From the human T2T-CHM13v2.0 reference genome, Homo sapiens, in NCBI RefSeq assembly GCF_009914755.1, contig NC_060936.1: a DNA stretch of 64,000 bases. One strand, written 5' to 3'. Under the pieces are notes generated by a model. The model ran no database searches, was not told the origin of the DNA, and was given only the letters and a program-made list of their open reading frames with translations. Every line of letters starts with the position of its first letter. The first letter of the stretch is position 1. A program made the translations under genes and the position numbers. Positions 29,360-41,690 of this stretch are shown here, piece by piece.

Positions 29360-29950
29360 ACATCTTCCTCTTAACCCTCATTCACATCTAGTTTCCTTTA
29401 ACTTTTGAGTCATATCCCAGGGGGTTAACTTGGCCTTTTCCCTCTTGCTTTTGCCCCGTATCCAGACAATCACCAAGACCTTTTGATCTTGAGTATAATT
29501 AAAATTTGGTCTTATCTTCCACTGCCAGTCACCTGCACCAGACCATCCACATCTATCTGATTTATTGCTTTGGGTTGGGATCATCAGTTTAGTGCTCCAG
29601 TTAGCAACTGAAGAGATTTTTCTATAATGCAATTCTGAGCAAATCGCCTTTACGAAACCCCCCATGTCTCCCATTGTTCCTGGAACAATATTCAAATTTC
29701 TTAACATGGGATTTTCATCCCGCTGTTTACTTCTTTCACTTGGTCTCTCATTATCTCCCTAAGTACACTTGCCTCCCGCAAGCTTTGCTCTGCGGAATAA
29801 CTCACAGTCCTTTGGTGGTCTAACTTCTGAACCTTTATACATGCTGCAATTTCTATTTGGCATGTTATTTATACCCTCAACACTCCCTTTTCCCCAGAAG
29901 AAATACCTTTTAGTGAATAGAATATATTCGATAAATACTTATTGAATGAC
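29360..29950 (+). mobile_element. L2 fragment
   Basis: Decayed pyrimidine-rich L2 3' region ending ataaatacttattgaatga. Confidence 0.55.
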
Positions 29951-30348
29951 TGTCCTTTGAATATCATTCTTGGAATAAGAAAATGTTGTAAAGGAATCAT
30001 AATGGTAACATATAGCTTTTATCTTCCTGGAGTCCTCTATTTTTTTCTCTCTGGTTCATTTTGGGATTACATTCTGTGATTTGCTACTTATTTTTTTTAG
30101 GCCCCTGATCTTTATCAAGGGAGCCTAAAATCATGTTAGAAGTATGCATTAACTAGTCAGCAAACATTTCCCAAGCACAGAATGTCAGGGACTGGACTGT
30201 TGGTCCTGCTGATACAAATGACTCTCAGGCACACAGACTGATTTCAGCTGCAGGCTAGGAGAATGTTTTTTGTTAACTACATGCACTTTTTTTTTGAGAC
30301 TTGCACTAAATCTTTTTAAAAAGGTTATATAACATTTTTAATGGGAAA

Positions 30349-30532
30349 TGTTCCTAGTATTTATTGCTATGTAAAAAAAAAAAAAAAATTACTCCAGAAC
30401 CTGGCAGCTTAAAACAACAACCATATCTCATGATTTTGTGGATCATAGGCAGAAATCAGCCAGGGATTCTGGTGCTCCAAGTCTCCAAGTATTGTTGACT
30501 AAAACAACCCGGACAGTATTCAGTGATGAATT
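30349..30532 (-). mobile_element. MLT1 (MaLR) LTR fragment
   Basis: tattgctatgtaa...cagcttaaaacaacaacc...tctcatgattttgtgg. Confidence 0.7.
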
Positions 30533-31162
30533 TGTTACCTGAAAGAGCTCCTGATCCAGACCCCAAGAAGGGATTCTTGGACCTCACACAAGATTGAATT
30601 CAGGGCAAGTCCATAGAGTAAAGTGAAAGCAAGTTTATTAGGAAAGTAAAGGAAAAAAAGAGTGCTACTCCATAGGAAGAGCAGCCCGAACGGCTACTGG
30701 TTGGCTATTTTTATGGTTATTTTTAATTATATGCTAGACAAGGGGTGGATGTTTTATGAGTTTTCCAGAAAAGGGGTGAGCACTTCCCAGAAGTGCGGGT
30801 CCCTCCCCTTTTTAGACCATATAGGGTAACTTCCTGACATTGCCATGGCATTTGTAAACTCATGGCACTGGTGAGAGTGTCTTTTAGCATGCTAATGCAT
30901 TATAATTAGCATATAATGAGCAGTGAGGATGACCAGAGGTCAATTTCATGACCATCTTTGTTTTGGTGAGTTTTGGCCAGCTGCTTTACCTCTTGCTGTT
31001 TTATCAGCAAGGTCTTTGTGACCTGTATCTTGTGCCAACTTCCTGTCTCATCCTGTGACTAAGAATGCCTAACCACTTTGGAAAGCAGCCCAGTAGGTCT
31101 CAGTATTATTTTACTCAGCCCCTATTCAAGATGGAGTTGCTCTGGTTTGAATGCCTCTGACA
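30533..31162 (-). mobile_element. MER41 (MER41B-like) ERV1 3' LTR
   Basis: The reverse complement starts tgtcagaggcattcaaaccagagcaactccatcttgaataggggctg. Length ~630 bp, preceded on the minus strand by a polypurine tract. Confidence 0.9.
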
Positions 31163-31935
31163 TATTTTCCCCTTCCCTTTTATAAGAGAAACCTAATCCT
31201 AAGGGTCGTAGACAGATTAAAATCCATCTTCTGTAACTTCTTCAGGCTGAATGGGGTGATGATATTCCTGCCTATTAGGGTCTCTCGTATTCAGGTTAGA
31301 GAGGAGCTTCGTCAGAAAGCATCAGTATGTTGAGGACCACTCATAACTCTTGGATTCCATCAAAAGGTGATATCTGAAAGATTTAAACGTGTTCAATTTA
31401 AGAGGACATTGAGAAAGCTTATCCTGCATTCCTACACATAGAGTACAACAGCAATATATTCCACAATAGTATAGCAAAATAAGTAAAAACTATCCCAAGT
31501 AAACTAAATAAGAAGGCTTTCTATGAACCTGGCAACTGTTGGAACCAAACTGATATGGGGATGCTAGCTGATTCCAATATATACCCAGAATTAGAATACT
31601 AATCTGGAATTTTACATTACCCATCTCTGTTGTTTCTTCTGAGCTGCAGTCAGAGATCACTGATTGGTTCACAGGAATAATCAAGGTCAGTCTAAATTAC
31701 AGGAAAAAACTCAGAAACAAGTGATGAGACTGGAATCTAATAGGTATACCGTAGTTCTTGAAAAATAGTTTTCTCTCTCCAGTCTCCCATTTTTACTAAA
31801 GATAAATCATGATAAGACTGATTTGCTTGTAAAAATAAGCTTTAGTCTTATACTTGGCCTAATTATTTGTATAAAGTGCAGCAAGAATAATTATTTTTCA
31901 CATAGGCTTTTAAAATTTGGCTTTGATGGAATTTT
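31163..31935 (-). mobile_element. ERV1 internal sequence (MER41-int-like) with PPT; truncated provirus
   Basis: The PPT aagggaaggggaaaata abuts the LTR. MER4-group internal-like sequence follows (tactaaagataaatcatg...tataaagtgcagcaagaataat). Confidence 0.75.
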
Positions 31936-31964
31936 AATTCATTTTTAATTTAATTAATTAATTT

Positions 31965-32253
31965 TCCATTGTTGTTGTTTCGAGACAGGGTTTCACTTTG
32001 TTGCCCAGGCTGGAGTGCAGTGGTGCTATCAGGCTATTGAGTTCACAGACTCAAGTGATCCTCCCACCTCAGCCTGCCCAGTAGCTGGGACTACTGGGTG
32101 TGCACCACCATACTTGGCTAATTTTTGTATTTTGTATTTTGTGTTTTTGTAAGATGGGGTTTCACCACGTTGCCCAGGCTGGTATCAAACTTGTAGGCTC
32201 AAGCAGTGCACCTGCCTTGGCCTCCCAAAATGCTGGGAATGCAGTCAGGAGCC
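31965..32253 (-). mobile_element. AluJ-type element
   Basis: J-type diagnostics ctcaagtgatcctcccacctcagcc and ggctcaagcag. Confidence 0.85.
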
Positions 32254-32749
32254 TCTTTTTTTTTAATTTTTAATTTCAATTTTTGTGGATACATGATGTA
32301 TATATTTATAGGTTGCATGAGATATACAGGCATGCAGTACGTAATAATCACATCATGTCAAAATGGGTAGATTAAGGATTTTTTATAAGAACTGCCAAAT
32401 TCTCTTTTAGAAATGTATCAATTTTATGCATGCTCACACTTACATAACAAAAGGGATTATCTTTGGTTTATGTGGACCATCTACCCACACAGTCTGTCTG
32501 TCATCTGCCACCCAACTGGGCCCTAGTTTTTCTGTCAGTCTTGTGAATTATCATGTGAATTGGTCCCTGATGTTTAGAAAGCCACAGAAATCTATTAACC
32601 AGTTATTCTAATACAGCCTCTGTCAGTCTCTGCATTTCCTACTACACATCTCTCTTGCAGCCCAAATAAATTAAACATGGACATAGAACCTGAATGGTGT
32701 GTAACTATTTAAATAAATTATATTTACATTGTTATGATTCATTAATTTT

Positions 32750-33330
32750 TTGTTCAGAAGCCCTCATTAGCTTACAATGTCACTCAGACTAAGGTCTTAG
32801 GATGACTTTGAAGTATTCCTGCATGATCTGCCTCCTCACTATTTCTCTGACCTTATTTCCTATCAATACTTTTTGTTAATTCTGTGATTCTATTTCAGTC
32901 ACATTGGCTGCCTCACTGTTCTCAAACACTCTAGGTATGAACCGACCTCAGGACCTCTGAACTTGAGTTTCCCTTCTCTTATATTCTTTTCCCCTAAATA
33001 TCTATGTGTCACATGTCTTCTCTTCTTTCAGATGTTTACTTAAATGTCACCTTCTCAGGGAGGTCTTTCCTGTTCAATACAAAATTGAAAACCCTCTCCA
33101 TGACATTTCATACTCAGTTTATGTTTCCTTTTTCCGTTAGTATTTATCACTCTTTTACACACCACACATTTTACTCTTGTATAATATGTTGTTCATTATC
33201 TCCCCAGTTAGAAATTGGGAGGTCTCCATGCGGGTAGAAATTTTGGCTACTTTTGTTTATTGTATCTCCAGTTCTAACAACAGCACCTAGCACATAATAG
33301 CTGCTCAAAAACTATTTGCTAGTAAGTGAT
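32750..33330 (+). mobile_element. L2 3' end
   Basis: aaatgtcaccttctcagggaggtctttcc ... cacctagcacataatagctgctcaaaaactatttg. Confidence 0.75.
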
Positions 33331-34545
33331 TTGTACCACCAGTAATGCTATTTGCAAGTATGGGGGACTGGGCTCACTTCCTGCCACAGGGATTTTTCTT
33401 CCTCTACTGAGACACAGTCTAGGTGATTTTATTCCTTTCTCATCCTCTATCTGTTACTTGAGAGCTTCAGAAGTGGTACTTGTCTATTCCATTCTTCTCC
33501 TTCTTTGAAAGAACTATGAAAACTAGAACAAGTTATTTAAATTTTCTTGGCTAATCCTCAGAATTTTTCATCAGTAAAAAGAATACTCCCTTTTCTCTCT
33601 GTAGTCTTGTAGTAGTGGGAATAAATGCAATTATATAGATTAAAAGCACTCGACTCTTGGTATATAGCATAATTCATATTGGAAAAATATGTATCTAGTT
33701 GTCTTCCCTGTTTTTACTTCAGAGTCAGAAATTTTAAAGTAAATTCATTTAGGTAACAGCTTATTATATAATAAAGTAGAGTGAGTCAGTAAAGACATGC
33801 AGTAAAGATACCATGAAGTTTGTCCTTTTTTAAAAACAAGGAAATTTCTCTATTAGCTTCTAATGCAGGGTGAGTATAAATGTGCTAAGGTGACATTCTT
33901 CATACCCTTCAATTCCCTGTTCATCTTCTTCCTAGCTGTCTCTTATCTAAAGAAACTATGCTGGTGATTTGCTGAACATTTTGTGTTTCTAAGGTGAGGT
34001 GCTTTTGTAAAGTTTTGTCTAAATGAAGTATCCCATGCTCTTCTACAAAGAGAATGCTCTAGTTTGTTTATTGTAGCTATTTCCCAATTGCAACATGACA
34101 TCTAGATTTCTTGTCTCCATAAATAACTGCTAGCCACTTAATTACAGCCCGGGTAGTGTGAAGCAGATGTTTTTAGAACATCCTGGAAATGGGGCTTTGG
34201 GAGTTCATAGGATTTCAGTTAAGGATTGCAGCATGCTTAGGGGTTGTCACTAATCAGAAGCCTATTCTGCACGTGGACCAGTTTGAGAGCAAGAGTGTTT
34301 ATCTTGTCTGTGTGCATAAGTGTGTGAGGAAATATGTATATGTTTATATTGAAGATGCGTCAGTCCTTGGGTCCTAGGATGTTCAGAGGTACAAAGAAGG
34401 ATAACCAAAGTATCTGTAACAACAACTACGGTCTTTTTCAGCTCACTTTTGTTCTACCTATGATTCCTTAGTATGCTTAGAGTCCTAGGAACTGCCATTT
34501 TGTCTGATTGTATTTTCTACAAGTCACTAGCAATAGTTCTCTTTC

Positions 34546-35014
34546 CTCCTCTCCTCTCCTCTCCTCTCCTCTCCTCCCCTCCCCTCCCCTCCCCTCCTCC
34601 CCTCCCCTCCCCTCCTCCCCTCCCCTCACCTCCTCCCCTCCCCTCCCCTTCCCTCCCCACCCACCTCTGCTCCCCTCCTCTCCCCTCCGCTCCCCTCCGC
34701 TCCCCTCCGCTCGGCTCCTCTCCTCTCCGCTCCTCTCTTCTCTCCTCCTTCTCTTCTCTTTTCTCTTCTCTTCTCTTCTCTTCTCTTCTCTTCTCTTCTC
34801 TTCTCTTCTCTTCTCTTCTCTTCTCTTCTCTTCTCTCCTCTCCTCTCCTCTCTTCTCTTCTCTTCCTTTCTTTCTTTCTTTCTTTCCTTTCTTTCTTTCT
34901 TTTTTCCTTCCTTCCTTCCTTCCTTCCTTTCTTTCTCTCTCTCTCTCCCTCTCTCTCTCTCTTTCTTTCTTTCTTTCATCTGTCTGTCTGTCTTTCTTTC
35001 TTTCTGTCTTTTTT
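34546..35014. repeat. Compound pyrimidine microsatellite (CCTCT, CCCCT, CCGCT, CTTCT, CTTT, CCTT, CT, CTGT)
   Basis: Read directly; lies inside the TSDs of the adjacent Alu. Confidence 0.95.
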
Positions 35015-35295
<281 letters not shown>

Positions 35296-37091
35296 AGCAA
35301 TAGTTCTTTTTCTAATCCTTTGAATGAATCAATCAAAATAAAGTCAACAAGACACTTGAATTACTAATGTTCAAAGTATAAACATATATTATCTACTTTA
35401 GGCAACCTGAATGAATAATCATTTTCAGCACCCTAAAGTTTAAGACTCAAATTAATTATATAGAAAAATAAGCTTTTAATAGTTGTCTTATAATCATAAT
35501 GTATAAAAAAGATGAAGAATAAAGGTTATAAATAAATAATTACTATAGAAAGATGCTTGGGAATCTCAGGAGGTTCGTATATCAGCTTACTTAGGCAGTG
35601 AAGAAGGACAACGCTTCATTAATCCTTTCTTGCTGTCTTGCAGCTTTATTTAAGACTAGGTTATACTCTCACCTTCTTTTCCTACATCCCCCTTCTCCCA
35701 GTGCGATAGGAACAACAGAGTGATAACGTCTTTCATGAGAATCCACACTGTAAGAACGGTAGAGAGTTTGAACTCTAGGTAACTGGTGTGTCCCTATTGA
35801 CAAACTGAACTTAATAAGAATACTTCTAAAATAGATTTACTCTAGCAGCTTCCTTGCACCAGGTAGTAGAAGTAACAAAAGCATCTTGAAGGTGGTATCT
35901 CCTTTCCTAATGTGTCTGAGAAGCTTCTCTTCCTATTATCATCTTATTTGTTCTGTGTACCTTCTTTTAAGCACCTCACTCTACAAGACTGCTTCCTGTC
36001 ATCACCCTGCTCTGGTCTCTCATATCCATTTCGAAGGATAGCTGAGGTGAGCACCTGGACATTTCTGAAAAAACAGAGGGGGAAATGCTGTTAACACTTC
36101 TGACCATGCAGATGTCCTCCCTTGCTTTGATTATGCTGTGGGGAAAATCGGCAGGAGTATTAGATGGCTATGGATTGCCATTTCATAAAATACCTTCCCC
36201 CCTGCCCCCCACCTTTTTTTTTGTCATGCTTGGAAAATACTTTAGAACTCTTTGTTAAACATCAGAAATGTCTGCTCTGGTTACTTGCCGATGATCCTCA
36301 GCAGTGACCATATGGCTTAGCATCTTGAGCACTAAACTGTGACTTAGGAACTGTGTTTTGATGTTCAAGAGTTCATCCTCTGTTATTGATGCCAGCTGAG
36401 CCTCCATCCATAAAATGTGAATAATAAAATGAACTACTCTGGAAGGTAACGAGCAGTAATAAATTCTTCCCATCATTCTAAAGTGATATCAATATGTGAT
36501 AAATTATGGTAGAGCCCATGGTAGAAGGAACACATTCTGAGTACTTTAGAAGATGGATGCCTTTAATTTTTTTGGATTACTTTAGATATGATGGGTTTGG
36601 CAGTTAATTCCTTGGGTATATGTATGTGTAGGTTATGTGTGTAATACTAAGCAAGTAATTCCCAAACTTTTCACTAACCAAATACTATTTTCCTGCCCTT
36701 TCGTACATATATATTTTGTATTCAAAAGATTGTGTTAACTCCAAACTTGCTTTTATGAATGTTAATAAGTGCATCCCTCCATTAAAAATAACCACTTTCA
36801 GAACTTGTGGTAATCAGGTAATAGCTAATATTCTGGCTGTTACAACTTGAGACACAGAAAACAAATTTAGCATTTTTGTCAATCATTGCAGGCTAGTTGT
36901 GAGAAAGTTCGTGGTTTTGATGAAATAGTCAGCAGAGTATAGTCATCTTCCTCCCTGTGTTTTGGGGCTTCTAACATCCAGGAACAGCAGACTGAACAAC
37001 TTGAAAAACTATTGCCAAATTTAGCTTTAAATGCAGGTTCTCTAGGCAAGTGTAGCTCTTAGGAAATTAGAGCATGATATTATCCATATAT

Positions 37092-37326
37092 ATTATATAT
37101 TTTTTTAATTTATAAAGACATTTTATTAAAATGTTTTTTTCTGTGTGTAATCTTTTTTTATTTTTATTATTATTATACTTTAAATTTTAGGGTACGTGTG
37201 CACAACATGAATTAAACAATGAGAACACATGGACACAGGAGGGGGAACATCACACACCGGGGACTGTTGTGGGGTTGGAGGAGGGGGGAGGGATAGCATT
37301 AGGAGATATACCTAATGCTAAATGAC
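37092..37326 (-). mobile_element. Very short 5'-inverted L1PA (PA3/4-like) insertion with an extra 3' segment
   Basis: 16-bp TSD gatattatccatatat at 37076-37091 and 37327-37342. L1 terminus on the - strand (37153-37209) and an L1 3'UTR piece on the + strand (37210-37326). Confidence 0.9.
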
Positions 37327-37342
37327 GATATTATCCATATAT

Positions 37343-37388
37343 TAAAAGTAATGGCAGAAACCGCAATTACTTTTACATCAATGTAATA
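37343..37388. mobile_element. Half MADE1 (Hsmar1-derived MITE)
   Basis: aaaagtaatggcagaaaccgcaattacttttacatcaatgtaata matches one arm of MADE1. Confidence 0.8.
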
Positions 37389-37870
37389 ATTTCAAAAATC
37401 TTTGGGTTACTTATTCCGGAGAATGAGCTAGAAATAACAAAAATGTTTTGACACAACTGTAATTAACAATGATAAACGAAATAACTTTAGGTGAGTCAAG
37501 AGAAAGCATCTTTTCTAGTGATCATTTTAGCTTTTAGTGTGTGTTATGGAACCGTCCAAGTCACATAATTTTCCATTCTACACGCCTGCTGATCCACAAT
37601 TGCAAACGCTAGAGCAGCCTTTCTTTTCTTTAGAAGAAACACTACTATATAAATTTTTCTAATTATGAATTCTTAAGTTTTAATACTGTGGATATGTTAT
37701 AAGTTACTAGATAGCTTTAAATTTTTAAATAATATATTTGCACTATTCATCTATTCCTAACACAGCTGCATTGTATGACAAACTAGGGTGGGGTAGAGTG
37801 TGCATGTACTCAAGAAACATTATGATTCCAAGTTAAAACATGAAGTGATAAATAACATTTCTTTTTCCAG

Positions 37871-37966
37871 AGACTGGATCTCCAATTACTGCATCATGTG
37901 TTGGATTAGGCAATTCTAAAACACCTCCACCAGGGCAAGCAGGAAAAAGCGTCCCAGGATACAATG
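37871..37966 (+). CDS. ACSS3: ACSS3 internal coding exon, 96 nt: (E)TGSPITASCVGLGNSKTPPPGQAGKSVPGYN
   Basis: Acceptor tttctttttccag| and donor AATG|gtaagg. Phase 1-1. Completes WWQTETG. Confidence 0.97.
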
Positions 37967-38530
37967 GTAAGGAATGACCCTGATAATACGTAAAGTTAAT
38001 AAATTTGGCATTTTCTTGCATCTAGTGTGTATTATGTTGCATGAAACAAACTAGGGGCTTAATTAGAATCTGGTTGAATGAATGCCTTGTATTAAAAATG
38101 AATGCCTTAATTTTTGCTATCAAAAGTATGTTGTGGATTTCCAGGATATGTTCTAAATGACTGTCATAACCACAAAAATAATATCATTAATAAGGTATGT
38201 TAGGAATATGGGTGTGAAATTACTATGAAGGAAACACCTGCTGGGAGCCCAGTACTTTATATATGTCTTTTCATTTCATGCTGAAGTATATTTAATTCAG
38301 AGCTATCATTACTATTTTAGAGATGAGTTAACCAACTGGTTAACAGACTAAATAATTTTCTTGAGATAACACTGCTGGTTAGATCCTGGGGACAATGCAA
38401 ACCATTGTCCTCAGAATTTGCTTGCTTTGATTTCAAAAGCTGCAGTTTCTTACTGTATATTACACATGCTGCATTTTAATTTAGGATTGAGGACAAAGTT
38501 TTTAAACCTTATTGTTTAATAATAAAAACA

Positions 38531-38837
38531 GGCCGGAAGTGGTGGCTCATGCCTGTAATCCCAGCATTTTGGGAGGCCAAGGCAGACGGATCACATGAGG
38601 TCAGGAGTTTGAGACCAGCCTGGCCAACATGGTGAAACCTCGTCTCTACTAAATATACAAAAATTAGCCGGGTGTGGTGGTGTGCGCCTCTAACCCCAGC
38701 TACTTGGGAGGCTGAGGCACGAGAATTGCTTGAACCCAGGAAGCAGAGGTTTCAGTGAGCTGAGATCATGCCACTCCAGCCTAGGCAACACAGCAAGACT
38801 CTGTCTCAAAAAATAAATAAATAAATATAAAAATAAA
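38531..38837 (+). mobile_element. AluSx-like element
   Basis: Dimer with TSD aataaaaaca at 38521-38530 and 38838-38847. Confidence 0.95.
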
Positions 38838-40982
38838 AATAAAAACAAAGGGGGAGGATCCCAAAAGAAAACATTTCTTTGATGCTGGCTTTATGTGACT
38901 AAAAGCTATAATATCCTGTCAATTTTTGTTTTTAAATTTACAGTAGTAACCATTATTATTAAACAATTTATCTTGGATGGCTCTCTCTAGGTGTATAAAT
39001 TATACAAGTCACATAACTTTTTGAACACTGTTTCCTTATTTCTAAATAAGAGTAACATTTTTATATGCTTTCCAGGGCTTCTGTTTTGTGATGATATGCA
39101 ATAAAGCATTAACACAGTGCCTACCAGTAGAAAGGCAGAATATGTCTTAGCTAGTAGTGCTACTAATATTTCAGAAAAGTCAGAGGACTGACTTGATTTA
39201 GACTAACACATTCATTTTACAGACAAGGAAAATGAGGCACAGAGGTTTTGTAATTTGCTTAAGGTCACACAATTTGGCTTAGTAGACCTATGAAGAAAAC
39301 CTAGCTTTGGGAGACAAAATATGATTCCTAACATATGTTTCTTATTTGCATATAAACTACAAAATTCAGAGATTTGTCTTTTGCTTCTCTAACATAAAAA
39401 TATTGGATTTCCCTTCTAGGACAATGGCTAGTTACAAAAACGTGGATCATTTGGTTTAACCTAGCAGATACATTTATAAAAAGATACTTCAGATTTTTTT
39501 TTTATTCAAGGCGGAAATAGATATTCTGTGAAGTCAGTGACTTCTCCAGCCCTGGAAAGGTGAACCCAGATTTAGTGAAATCCTCTGTTTAAACAGTCTG
39601 TCATCTCTGCTCCTTTTATCAGAAAAAAATGTTTTGTGTTGAGACATTTTTAGGGGTTTCTGATGGTGGAAGACGTTAAACACATTTCTCTGTTAGTATT
39701 TCAGTGCCATTTTTATATCTAGTTGTAAGAAATAGTTAAGCTTTCTTCCCTCATGTAACTTCAGTACAGAAGTTTCTCAACTGGCTTGCAGACAGTACAG
39801 GTTAAACATTTATAACCAAGGAATCAGTGACTTTATGACTGATAATTTTTATGTTTTGTGATTGTTTAGAGATTAAAATCATAATGTAATATTAAATAGT
39901 ATAATAATAAAAAAAAACGCAGGATCCTTTTAGGAAAGAAAAGAAAATCCTTTTTGTCTAAAAAACAATTAATTTAATATAACACATTTATTGAGTACCT
40001 TATGCAAACTTGTCACTTTGCATACATTTTTAAAAATACTTCTTGCATAAGCACTATGAGAAAGAGATTTCTCCCATTTCATAGACAGGGAAACTGAACG
40101 GGTTACAGAATGTGCCTGGGGCATATAGTGATTTGGCCACTGTACTGAGATTTAGGGAAACAAAGATAAATTAGCCATGGCCTCCGTGAACTCACAATCT
40201 AGTTAGATACAGATACTTCTACTAACTGTCAATACAGAATTTTAAAACAAAGTGCTCCAGGAACACAAAGAAGGGAACAATTAATTTTTTTCTGAGAGCA
40301 ACAACCTTCTTTTCTCATATCTGCTTAAGGTAGAATTACCTGGATGAATGAGGCCACATAAATAATCTATTAAAGCCTAAAAGATGATGACTTATCTTCA
40401 TATTTAGTTTGCACCAAGGGTTACTGAATGTGGATACAAGCTTTAATCTCCTAAACTCTTTTAGGATTCTATCAGGACAGCACAGAAAGTATTGAGATAA
40501 TATTTGGGAAGATTAAATTGACCAAATTTAAAGCTCCTAAGTGGATATTACGCTTTAAATCAGAATAAGGGGTTTTTGGTGCTTGTAAGTATTTTATTTT
40601 TGTTGCGTATATTTTTTGGTGTGTTTGAAAACTTCATTTCCTTTACTTTTTAAAAAGCTGAACATGTTTTTAATGCTTCTAATAGATTACAAGGGTATAT
40701 TTAGTGGACATAGACATAGAGATGAAATTACCACGTTTGAAATATGATGTCTTCATTTAAGGGATATTCTGAAGGAAAATTTCTGATGTTATTAGGAATC
40801 AGATACATGTGCTCTTTATTTTTTTGTAAGATATTTTAGTTTATATTTGTTCATGGTCTCACAGGAATTAAAAGATTACTCTCTTAAGCTAGAGCTTTTT
40901 GGGTTGAATATAAAAATATAGAAAAATGTTTAAGCTTTAAGATTATGAATTTTTATTCAAATATTTATATTTTACTTTGTAG

Positions 40983-41046
40983 TTATGATTTTGGATGACA
41001 ACATGCAAAAACTGAAGGCTCGGTGTTTAGGAAATATTGTGGTAAA
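40983..41046 (+). CDS. ACSS3: ACSS3 internal coding exon, 64 nt: (V)MILDDNMQKLKARCLGNIVV(K)
   Basis: Acceptor ttttactttgtag| and donor GTAAA|gtaagc. Phase 1 to 2, consistent with both neighbouring exons. Confidence 0.95.
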
Positions 41047-41417
41047 GTAAGCAAAAATTTCAATACTACTATATTAAAGGGCAAAAACTGGTGTATATAC
41101 TAAGAAAAAATGGGGTCATTGCAGTGTTACTGCTACTGAGGAAGTTGTAGAAAGAACTTGTGTGTTGCTTAAGAACTGTGTCAGCTGTGTTGTAATTTAA
41201 ACATAGAAGCCCCATAAAATACGACCAATTTAAATGCAATTTTCAAAAACCACAAATTTTGCATATTTTTAAATAACTTTTTTTTCATTTTACAGGTTAT
41301 GTATAGATGATAAAGTTAACTTACATACAAAAAAAATATGAATAAGTAAATAAAGTTCCTGTACTCTCACCTCTCAGCAATTACATCATTAACTTCATAA
41401 TATACATGACTATCTAC

Positions 41418-41690
41418 ATTTTTTTGGTATAGATTCAGGGGTACATTACAAGTTCGTTTCATGGGTATATTGCATAATCCTAGGGTTTGGGCTTCTAGTG
41501 AACCCATCACCCAAATAGTGAACATAGTACTCAACAGGCAGTTTTTCAACCCTTGCCTCCCTCCCTCACACCTTTTGGACTCCCCAGAGTTTCTAGTTTT
41601 CATCATTATGTCCATGTGTACCCATTATTTAGCTCTCAGTTATAAAAGATAACATGCAGTATTTGATTTTCAGTTTCTGATTTGACTTTC
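41418..41690 (-). mobile_element. L1PB-like 3'UTR fragment
   Basis: agattcaggggg tacat...cccatcacccaaatagtgaacatagtac...aacatgcagtatttg. Confidence 0.8.

Noticed and set aside
37343-37388. miR-548-type microRNA
   Set aside because: Only one MADE1 arm is present, so no hairpin can form.
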